In this document: positions 47,176 to 53,441 of the stretch, in pieces
How positions within the stretch are numbered: position 1 is the stretch's first letter
How the letters are laid out: each line of letters starts with the position of its first letter
Source: Oscillospiraceae bacterium
Lineage (GTDB): Bacteria; Bacillota; Clostridia; Oscillospirales; Butyricicoccaceae
Direction: 5' to 3'
Assembly: GCA_045638565.1 (NCBI GenBank)
Contig: JAZUBN010000021.1
Coordinates: 1 to 53,441 of the forward strand
DNA: 53,441 bases
The notes under the pieces: model-generated
Seen by the model: only the letters and a program-made list of their open reading frames with translations
Database searches by the model: none
What the model was told of the DNA's origin: nothing
Made by a program: the position numbers and the translations under genes

Positions 47176-47213
47176 TTATGCAATGGCATTATGCTCGTCC
47201 GCACAATGCTTAT

Positions 47214-48050
47214 TTATGCCTTCTTTTTAAGTACAGAAATTGTTCTTACAGTCTTATAACCAAGTGACTTATAAAGTCCGATAGCTCTTTCATTTATCGA
47301 AACAACTTCCAGCTCAGCAAAGCCTCTTTCTGACATAAGAGCACGGTTTGTAGCAAAAATTGCAAGCTGACGACCAAAGCCAAGATCCTGAGCTTCAGGA
47401 AGCACGCAGAGATTTTCAATATGGTTGCCCATTTCGATAGTTACAGCTGCGATAGGCTTGTCCTGAGAGTTGATGGCAAGGAATGTCTCACTTTCAAACA
47501 TTTCATCACGGTTGCCGTTAGGGATGATTTTGTATGGCTCAGCGCCGATTGTCTTGCGCATATCATAGAAAGCCTCGCCTAAAAGCTCGTAGTAGCTTTC
47601 ATAATACTTGTCTTCGTAAGGCTCGAAAAGTGTATTAGGTGTTGGCAGAAGCTCATCATTATACACCATAGTGTGTGTGGAAATCCAAGGAAGGAAGCCG
47701 ATTTTGCCGCAGAAATAGATTGCTGCAAGGTCGTCTGCGAGAATGCGGCATTCGTAGGAATCACAGGAGTATCTCTCCTTTGCAAGACGGGAAATGCTGT
47801 GCCATAAAGCTGTGCCGATACCCTGACGACGTACAGATTTGTCAACAACGATGCCTACGTCAATGCGCTTGCCCATTGCGAAAGGCTGGAAAAAGCCGAA
47901 AGCCACGATTTCCTTGTTTACTTCGTAAACGAAAACTCTGCCTTCGTTGTGGGCGATTATATCTTCAATATTGAGAAGGATGTCCTTGGCGTTGTCAAGG
48001 GCAATCTTTTTAACTGTTTCAAGATGTTCCTGCTTAAAAAGTTTAACCAT
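47214..48050 (-). CDS. GNAT-family N-acetyltransferase (two acetyltransferase-like halves)
   Basis: 278 aa from ATG 48050 (RBS GGAGGT). RRQGIGTALW and QDLGFGRQL are acetyl-CoA binding motifs. Confidence 0.72.
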   Translation of the reverse strand: MVKLFKQEHLETVKKIALDNAKDILLNIEDIIAHNEGRVFVYEVNKEIVAFGFFQPFAMGKRIDVGIVVDKSVRRQGIGTALWHSISRLAKERYSCDSYECRILADDLAAIYFCGKIGFLPWISTHTMVYNDELLPTPNTLFEPYEDKYYESYYELLGEAFYDMRKTIGAEPYKIIPNGNRDEMFESETFLAINSQDKPIAAVTIEMGNHIENLCVLPEAQDLGFGRQLAIFATNRALMSERGFAELEVVSINERAIGLYKSLGYKTVRTISVLKKKA

Positions 48051-48203
48051 ATTACCTCCGAAGAGCACTTTTCTGTGCCCTATAAATATACATTATAATT
48101 ATAACACAAAATATTTGAAATTTCAATAAATTGACACCACTTTAACGCAGTTGAAAAGCTATATATAATATGGTATAATAAGTTAAAATAAAATGAAATT
48201 TAT

Positions 48204-48232
48204 TGTAGGGGACGGCGCACTCGACGTCCCGG
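48204..48232 (+). repeat. family-B REP-like element
   Basis: TGTAGGGGACG-gcgcactcga-CGTCCCGG. Confidence 0.8.
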
Positions 48233-48279
48233 GTTATCAATAGCGAAATTAATAATTTATCATACAAAGGAGAACTACT

Positions 48280-48924
48280 ATGAAGATACTCATCACAGGT
48301 TTTGAACCATTCGGCGGCGAAAGCATCAATCCATCATGGGAAGCTGTAAAGCTCCTTCCAGATTCCATCGACGGTCACGAAGTTGTAAGAAAAATGCTCC
48401 CTTGCGTATTTGTCAAGGCAGGCGACGTGCTTGATGCACTTATCGAAGAACATAAGCCTGATTTTGTTTTCTGCGTAGGTCACGCAGGCGGCAGAGCAAA
48501 TCTCACTGTCGAAAAGGTTGGCATCAATCTTATGGACGGCAGAATTGCCGACAACGAAGGCTATCAGCCTGTCGACGAGCCAATCAAGGCTGATGGCGAA
48601 ACAGCATACTTCTCCAATCTTCCTGTCAAGGGCGTTGTAAACGCAATCCGTGAAGCAGGCATTCCTGCTTCTGTTTCCTATACAGCAGGTACATACGTAT
48701 GCAACTATATTCTCTATACAACAATGTATCTCATCAATAAGAAGTACCCAAATATCAAGGGTGGCTTTATGCACATCCCATTTGCTCCTGAACAGGCTGT
48801 AACAAAGTCCCCAAGCACACCAACAATGCCTATCCCAATGATCGCAGACGGCATCAAGGCAGCGGCTAAGTTTATCCTTACAAACAGCGAAGAACTCAAG
48901 GTAAACGAAGGCACAGAACACTAA
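48280..48924 (+). CDS. pcp: pyroglutamyl-peptidase I
   Basis: 214 aa. KILITGFEPFGGESINPSWEA, and Cys/His in GTYVCNY...MHIP. Confidence 0.92.
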   Translation: MKILITGFEPFGGESINPSWEAVKLLPDSIDGHEVVRKMLPCVFVKAGDVLDALIEEHKPDFVFCVGHAGGRANLTVEKVGINLMDGRIADNEGYQPVDEPIKADGETAYFSNLPVKGVVNAIREAGIPASVSYTAGTYVCNYILYTTMYLINKKYPNIKGGFMHIPFAPEQAVTKSPSTPTMPIPMIADGIKAAAKFILTNSEELKVNEGTEH

Positions 48925-48934
48925 TTCAAATATA

Positions 48935-49000
48935 AAGCCTTCCCCTTGAGGGGAAGGTGTTAGCAAAGCTGACGGATGAGGTGTAGCCGAAGGCGTTTAT
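48935..49000 (+). repeat. family-A repeat, copy A9
   Basis: AAGCCTTCCCC-ttga-GGGGAAGG, GTTAGC-aaa-GCTGAC, GGATGAGGTGTAG, GCC-gaa-GGC, GTTTAT. It begins 10 nt after the pcp stop. Confidence 0.8.
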
Positions 49001-49029
49001 TAAATAGTGCCACAGGCACCTTACGTCAA

Positions 49030-49055
49030 TGTAGGGGAGCCGCTTGCTGCTCCCG
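49030..49055 (+). repeat. family-B REP-like element
   Basis: TGTAGGGGAGC-cgcttgct-GCTCCCG. It lies 30 nt after copy A9, the same A-then-B arrangement as at 7449-7537. Confidence 0.8.
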
Positions 49056-49090
49056 AAACATCATAATCCTACCTCAAAAGGAGAATAAAT

Positions 49091-49744
49091 ATGAAAAAAA
49101 TCGTTGCTGTAAATACAAGCCCGCGCACAGGCTGGAATACATCCACTCTTGTAAATGAAGCGGCAAAGGGCGCACAGAATGCAGGGGCTGAAGTCGTGGT
49201 TTTCGACCTCTATAAAATGGAAAAGTTCACGGGCTGTATCTCCTGCTTCGGCTGTAAGCTCGCGCCAAACGAAGGCAAGTGTATTTGCCAGGATGGTCTT
49301 ACACCAATCCTCGACGCAATCAGAGAGGCTGACGGTCTCATCATCGGCACACCAAACTATCTCAGCAATGTTTCTGCCGGCTTCCACGCTCTACACGAGC
49401 GCCTTTACTTCCAGTATGTCACATACCAGAAGGAAAATCCAAGCTATCCACATCGCAAAATCCCTGTGCTTTTCATTATGACAAGCGGCGCAGGCGAAGA
49501 TGCATATACACCTGAGCGTTACGGCCGCCTTGTCGATTCATACAAGCGCACTCTCGGTATGGTAGGCCCTACAAAGGCTCTCATCAGCGGCAACGCATAT
49601 CAGGTGCCTGATTACAGCAAGTACAACTGGACTCTCTTTGACCCTGAAGCAAAGAAGCAGCATTTTGACACAGTATTCCCACAGCACAAGCAGCAGGCTT
49701 TTGAATTAGGTGCTGAAATGGTAAATACACCTTGGGAGGCATAG
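49091..49744 (+). CDS. flavodoxin-family / NAD(P)H-dependent FMN oxidoreductase
   Basis: 217 aa. IVAVNTSPR..., the Cys cluster CISCFGCK...CIC, and GLIIGTPNY. Confidence 0.7.
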   Translation: MKKIVAVNTSPRTGWNTSTLVNEAAKGAQNAGAEVVVFDLYKMEKFTGCISCFGCKLAPNEGKCICQDGLTPILDAIREADGLIIGTPNYLSNVSAGFHALHERLYFQYVTYQKENPSYPHRKIPVLFIMTSGAGEDAYTPERYGRLVDSYKRTLGMVGPTKALISGNAYQVPDYSKYNWTLFDPEAKKQHFDTVFPQHKQQAFELGAEMVNTPWEA

Positions 49745-49745
49745 T

Positions 49746-50090
49746 ATGTTATCACCGGTTTACATAGCCGCAGGAGTGTTGGTTTTTGCGGCATTCGCAG
49801 TCTTTCAGCATTGGACTCTTAAAAATGGGCTTACAAGAAGCATCAGAAATATGCCACTCGTGTTTGCCCTCGTCGCTGTGTTTATGAGCCTTATGATTTA
49901 TTCGGGCGCATTCGGCGGCGATAAGGCGGCTCTCGGTTTTACAGAAAAGGAGCTTTACGGTCTTTCTTTCGGCATGATTTCCGCCTGCGCTCTCTTTGGC
50001 GATTTCCTCGGCTGGATAGTCTTCAAAATGACAAATAAACAGCCAAAGCCACAGCCTAAAAAGAAAAACAATAAAAAGAAGAAGAAATAA
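49746..50090 (+). CDS. small hypothetical membrane protein with poly-Lys tail
   Basis: 114 aa with 3-4 hydrophobic helices. C-terminus KQPKPQPKKKNNKKKKK. The ATG lies 2 nt after the previous stop, with GGAGG inside the end of the upstream gene. Confidence 0.55.
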   Translation: MLSPVYIAAGVLVFAAFAVFQHWTLKNGLTRSIRNMPLVFALVAVFMSLMIYSGAFGGDKAALGFTEKELYGLSFGMISACALFGDFLGWIVFKMTNKQPKPQPKKKNNKKKKK

Positions 50091-50104
50091 CGCACCAAGC
50101 TCTC

Positions 50105-50153
50105 TTGCCTCCCTCAGACGAGGGAGGTGGCACGCACAGCGTGACGGAGGGAG
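50105..50153 (+). repeat. family-A repeat, copy A10 (CCTCCCT subtype)
   Basis: GCCTCCCT-cagacg-AGGGAGG, CACGC-aca-GCGTG, tail GGAGGGAGTG. Confidence 0.8.
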
Positions 50154-50192
50154 TGAATTTCATATCACATACATTCCGACAGAGGTGCTATA

Positions 50193-50492
50193 ATGAGAAC
50201 AATAAGCTACAACGTCATAAAACAGGCGGGAAGATATTGGAATTATATGCTTCTCTCTTTATTGTGCATATTTTTCACGGGAAATTTTTTCATCATTCCG
50301 ATTTCGGTTGCGGCAGTTTTTCTGTTTAAGTATGTGCGTTATACAGAAGAAAATCTCAGATGTCCGGCTTGTGGAAAACAGATAAATCTTCGTATGTATG
50401 ACCGGGCAATTCTCAAAGGCTATGCCTATTGTTGTGCAGAATGTCAGACGCAGATTTATATGACAGACCTTCCGGAAATCAAGAAAAAGTAA
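50193..50492 (+). CDS. hypothetical membrane-anchored zinc-ribbon protein
   Basis: 99 aa with two N-terminal hydrophobic helices, then CPACG...CCAECQ. RBS AGAGGTG. Confidence 0.5.
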   Translation: MRTISYNVIKQAGRYWNYMLLSLLCIFFTGNFFIIPISVAAVFLFKYVRYTEENLRCPACGKQINLRMYDRAILKGYAYCCAECQTQIYMTDLPEIKKK

Positions 50493-50529
50493 GCTCATTA
50501 TGAATAATAATTAAGAAAGGACATATATT

Positions 50530-51303
50530 ATGGTAGTTATCAATAATGAAAAATGCATCGGCTGCGGTTTGTGCGCAAGCGACTGCGTTGGTGACAATAT
50601 TGTTATTAAGGATGGCAAGGCAACTCTTATAAGCTCCTGTCTGCAGTGCGGACATTGTGTGGCTGTCTGCCCTGTGAACGCTGTGTCCATTCCGGACTAT
50701 GATATGAATGATGTTGAAGACTTTGACGAAAAGCGCTTCGGCTTTGATATCGATAATCTTATGCACACAATCAAACAGCGCCGCAGTATCCGTCAGTTTG
50801 AAGATAAGAAAATCGAGCAGGACAAGCTTGAAAAAATCGTGCAGGCAGGCCGCTATACTGCAACAGGCTCCAACAGCCAGAACTGCCGTTTTGTTGTCGT
50901 TCAAGACGGTATGGACCAGCTCAAGAAGATGATCTGGGACTATATCGACAATGGCGAAGATATTCCTGAAGAAAGGCGTGCCGCCTTCAAGAGAATTGGC
51001 GATAAGCGTGAAAACGGCATAGATTTCCTCTTCCGCAATGCTCCTGCAGTTATCTATGTGGCATCCAAGAGCACAGTAAATGCCGCTCTCGCCGCACAGA
51101 ATATTGAGCTTGCCGCTGTTGCACAGGGTCTCGGCGTTATGTATAACGGCTATCTCGTCGGTGCAACAAATATGAATGAAGAAGCTGTAAAGTGGCTCGA
51201 CCTTGAAGATAAGCCTGTGGCTGTTTCGATGATTATCGGCTACCCAAGCGTAAAATATCAGCGCAGCGCACCTCGTAAGGAAGCAGACGTCCGCTGGAGA
51301 TAA
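50530..51303 (+). CDS. nitroreductase-family protein with N-terminal 2x[4Fe-4S] ferredoxin domain
   Basis: CIGCGLCASDC and CLQCGHCVAVCP, followed by the nitroreductase fold (RRSIRQF...GSNSQNCRF). Confidence 0.8.
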   Translation: MVVINNEKCIGCGLCASDCVGDNIVIKDGKATLISSCLQCGHCVAVCPVNAVSIPDYDMNDVEDFDEKRFGFDIDNLMHTIKQRRSIRQFEDKKIEQDKLEKIVQAGRYTATGSNSQNCRFVVVQDGMDQLKKMIWDYIDNGEDIPEERRAAFKRIGDKRENGIDFLFRNAPAVIYVASKSTVNAALAAQNIELAAVAQGLGVMYNGYLVGATNMNEEAVKWLDLEDKPVAVSMIIGYPSVKYQRSAPRKEADVRWR

Positions 51304-51357
51304 AATAGGATATTCAAAGAAGGAAGATAAAGACACACTACTGTGGAGGTGGATACT

Positions 51358-52512
51358 TTGGGCTTAAAAGTTAGGAAATCTATCAAAATTGCTCCTGGTG
51401 TAAGAGTTAATTTTGGCAAAAAAAGCGTAGGCCTTAGTTTCGGAACAAAAGGTGCTCGTTACTCCGTCAATTCAAGTGGTAGCAGAACTGCTACTGTGGG
51501 AATTCCGGGGACTGGAATAAGTTACAGCACTACCTCTCGCAAGAAACACTCCAGTGCCCAGGCTAAAAGAAACCAACTGGAACGAGAACTGGCAAAGGCC
51601 GAGAAAGAAAAACAGAAGCAACTTGAGTTGGAACACGCTAAAGCTGTTGTAGAGGAATACGAGGCAAAGATTGATGCAATAACAACAATTCATCGGTCTT
51701 GCGCAGAGATTATCTTTTGGAGTAGCCTTGTAAATGTTCCTGCCCCGTTTGTAGCAGGAGAACAAGGTCCTAGAGAAATTGAAGCTAGACAGAAAGCAGA
51801 TTCTTACAAGCCAGGTTTCTTCGCGAAACGTATTCGTGCCCTCGATGCTAATGCTAATGGTTCTTTGGAAAAGAAGATTGCAGAAGCCATTGAAGATGAC
51901 AAAAAGGAATATGATGAATGGGAAACGATGCATACTTTGGCAACTCGTGTAGTAGGCAAAGATACTGATGCCATGCTTGAAGTGATTGAGAGTACTGGAA
52001 TTTTTGACGATTTGACTGAGTATGGCAGCGGCTTTGAAGTAGGTTTAATCAACTATATTGCCGCAGAAGTTGAGTTTGATATTATGGCAGATGCTGTAGT
52101 TCCGAAAGAAAGCGCGTCTTTGACATCAACAGGTAAGCTTTCTCAAAAGCCACTCTCTGTGACCAAGCGATTGGATATTATGCAGGATTATGTGTGTAGC
52201 TGTGCGTTTCGTATTGCGCGAGATTTATTTGCTATCCTGCCTATTGGTGCTGTGCTAATTCATGCCAAAGATAGTCTCATTGATACAAGTGTTGGAAATA
52301 GTGTGAAGCAAGATATTCTTTCCGTACTTATCACAAGAGATAAGATTAGAAAACTAAACTTTGACCAAATTGATCCGTCTGATGCAATGGTTAATTTCAC
52401 TCATAATATGAAGTTCCTGAAAACTAAAGGTTTTCAGCCTATTACTCGAATTAAAGTGGATAGTGTTACAGATACACAGACAGGTACAGAGCAACTTTCC
52501 GTAAGCTATTAA
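51358..52512 (+). CDS. DUF4236-like domain protein, otherwise uncharacterised
   Basis: The N-terminus (M)GLKVRKSIKIAPGVRVNFGKKSVGLSFG...GIPGTGISY matches my recollection of DUF4236. A Lys/Glu coiled-coil and about 250 unassigned residues follow. A TTG start at 51358 with RBS GGAGGTG is preferred to GTG 51343. Confidence 0.6.
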   Translation: MGLKVRKSIKIAPGVRVNFGKKSVGLSFGTKGARYSVNSSGSRTATVGIPGTGISYSTTSRKKHSSAQAKRNQLERELAKAEKEKQKQLELEHAKAVVEEYEAKIDAITTIHRSCAEIIFWSSLVNVPAPFVAGEQGPREIEARQKADSYKPGFFAKRIRALDANANGSLEKKIAEAIEDDKKEYDEWETMHTLATRVVGKDTDAMLEVIESTGIFDDLTEYGSGFEVGLINYIAAEVEFDIMADAVVPKESASLTSTGKLSQKPLSVTKRLDIMQDYVCSCAFRIARDLFAILPIGAVLIHAKDSLIDTSVGNSVKQDILSVLITRDKIRKLNFDQIDPSDAMVNFTHNMKFLKTKGFQPITRIKVDSVTDTQTGTEQLSVSY

Positions 52513-52516
52513 CTTC

Positions 52517-52556
52517 AAAAGCTCCACGCATTTCAATGGGTGGAGCTTTTTCTTTT
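52517..52556 (+). terminator. rho-independent terminator
   Basis: AAAAGCTCCAC-gcatttcaatgg-GTGGAGCTTTTTCTTTT. Confidence 0.85.
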
Positions 52557-52628
52557 CAGTATGACGAAGAGATTTGGAATCTACATGAAACTAGACAAAA
52601 TGTTAATTGAGAGTGGATTCCACACCTC

Positions 52629-52657
52629 TTGACAAAAGCGGCAATTTATTATACAAT
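52629..52657 (+). promoter_or_regulatory. tyrS promoter (TTGACA-17-TACAAT)
   Basis: TTGACA at 52629-52634, a 17-nt spacer, and TACAAT at 52652-52657. Confidence 0.7.
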
Positions 52658-52659
52658 AT

Positions 52660-52926
52660 AAAATGCATAAACACGGTGACCAAAAGAAGTAGCATTATGA
52701 ATCCTTTCCAGAGAGTCTGCGGCCGGTGAAAGCAGATAAAGGGGCTTTTGCGAAATACATTTGCGAGTGGTGGCTTTGAAATGAAGTAGAGGCCGACAGG
52801 TGCGCCTGTTACAGCGCAGAGTGTTAGATGACACTCACAAAGGCTGTAGGTGTGAGCCTACGGCGAATTAAGGTGGTATCACGATTCTATCGTCCTTATG
52901 CTCTCAGCATAAGGACTTTATTTATT
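52660..52926 (+). promoter_or_regulatory. T-box riboswitch leader, tyrosine specifier (UAC)
   Basis: Stem I elements AGAGAG and GGTGAAAG. Specifier context GAAA-TAC-A at 52753-52759. T-box sequence AATTAAGGTGGTATCACG at 52866-52883. Terminator GTCCTTATGC-tctca-GCATAAGGAC plus TTTATTTATTT at 52892-52926. Confidence 0.88.
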
Positions 52927-52940
52927 TCAGGAGGAAAATA

Positions 52941-53441
52941 TGAAATTATATGAAGAACTTCAGGCTCGTGGCCTGATTGCACAGGTTACTAACGAAGAAG
53001 AAATCCGCGAAATGATCAACAACGGTAAGGCTACATTCTACATCGGCTTTGACTGCACAGCAGACAGCCTTACAGCAGGTCACTTCATGGCTCTCACACT
53101 TATGAAGCGCCTTCAGATGGCAGGCAACAAGCCAATCGCTCTCATCGGCGGCGGCACAACAATGATCGGCGACCCATCCGGCAGAACAGATATGCGTCAG
53201 ATGCTCACAAAGGAAGACATCGACCACAACGCAGAATGCTTCAAGCGTCAGATGGAAAGATTCATCGAGTTCGGCGAAGGCAAGGCGATGATGGTAAACA
53301 ACGCCGATTGGCTTCTTAACCTCAACTACGTTGACCTCCTGCGTGAGGTTGGCGCTTGCTTCTCCGTCAACAATATGCTCCGTGCGGAGTGCTACAAGCA
53401 GAGAATGGAAAAGGGTCTTTCCTTCCTTGAATTCAACTACA
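52941..53441 (+). CDS. tyrS: tyrosine--tRNA ligase (5' part, runs off the window)
   Basis: [17 protein letters not shown]...[16 protein letters not shown] (HIGH region)...[22 protein letters not shown]. It is absent from the ORF track because no stop codon is reached. Confidence 0.93.

Noticed and set aside
47179-47209. A possible decayed family-B unit between ogg and the GNAT gene (TGCAATGGCATT-atgctcgtccgcac-AATGC).
   Set aside because: Only the GCTCGTCCGC string and a 5-bp stem resemble family B, and the GTAGGG head is missing. This is too weak to count and may simply be a spacer hairpin between convergent genes.

Overview
This is a 53.4-kb chromosomal segment from an anaerobic, selenocysteine-using Firmicute. 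I place it in class Clostridia from gene content, GGAGG-type ribosome-binding sites and repeat style; that assignment is inference. I call 52 protein-coding genes, 39 on + and 13 on -. I see no rRNA or tRNA genes, no transposase, integrase or phage genes, and no CRISPR array.

Gene blocks, left to right:
- trhA-like and tadA (-).
- gltX, glnS, cysteine desulfurase, thiI.
- cinA.
- A WalRK-type envelope two-component locus: walR-like, cls, walK-like, yycH-like and yycI-like genes, murA, a walJ-like MBL hydrolase, rlmH.
- A complete glycine reductase cluster, grdX-grdE-grdB-trxB-trxA-grdA-grdC-grdD, followed by an nfnAB-like NADPH module.
- A minus-strand block: SAM methyltransferase, zinc-ribbon protein, pxpCBA (5-oxoprolinase), mscL, flavin reductase.
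- Two lipoproteins (DUF4358-like and DHHW-like), a DSD1-type PLP enzyme and a TSCPD protein.
- A MacAB-like HlyD/ABC/FtsX exporter plus an SLH wall protein.
- SagB-type nitroreductase, HAD hydrolase and guaB (-).
- ogg, GNAT (-), pcp.
- A small redox cluster.
- A compositionally atypical orphan DUF4236-like gene.
- A Tyr T-box leader with the 5' part of tyrS.

grdB and grdA are each split by the ORF track at an in-frame UGA that sits in the canonical selenocysteine motif. I merged each pair.

The least explained signal is non-coding. There are two families of short GC-rich structured intergenic repeats. Family A is a multi-hairpin element with 10 copies. Family B is a REP-like 'GTAGGG + variable hairpin' element with about 13 units. 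Their stems co-vary between copies, they form mosaics and one nested insertion, and nearly all lie in the same orientation whatever the direction of local transcription.

I could not support any novel multi-gene system (defence, secretion, biosynthetic). Function calls rest on my recognition of motifs in the translated ORFs, with no database search. Most promoter, terminator and start-codon refinements are hand-derived and should be treated as approximate.
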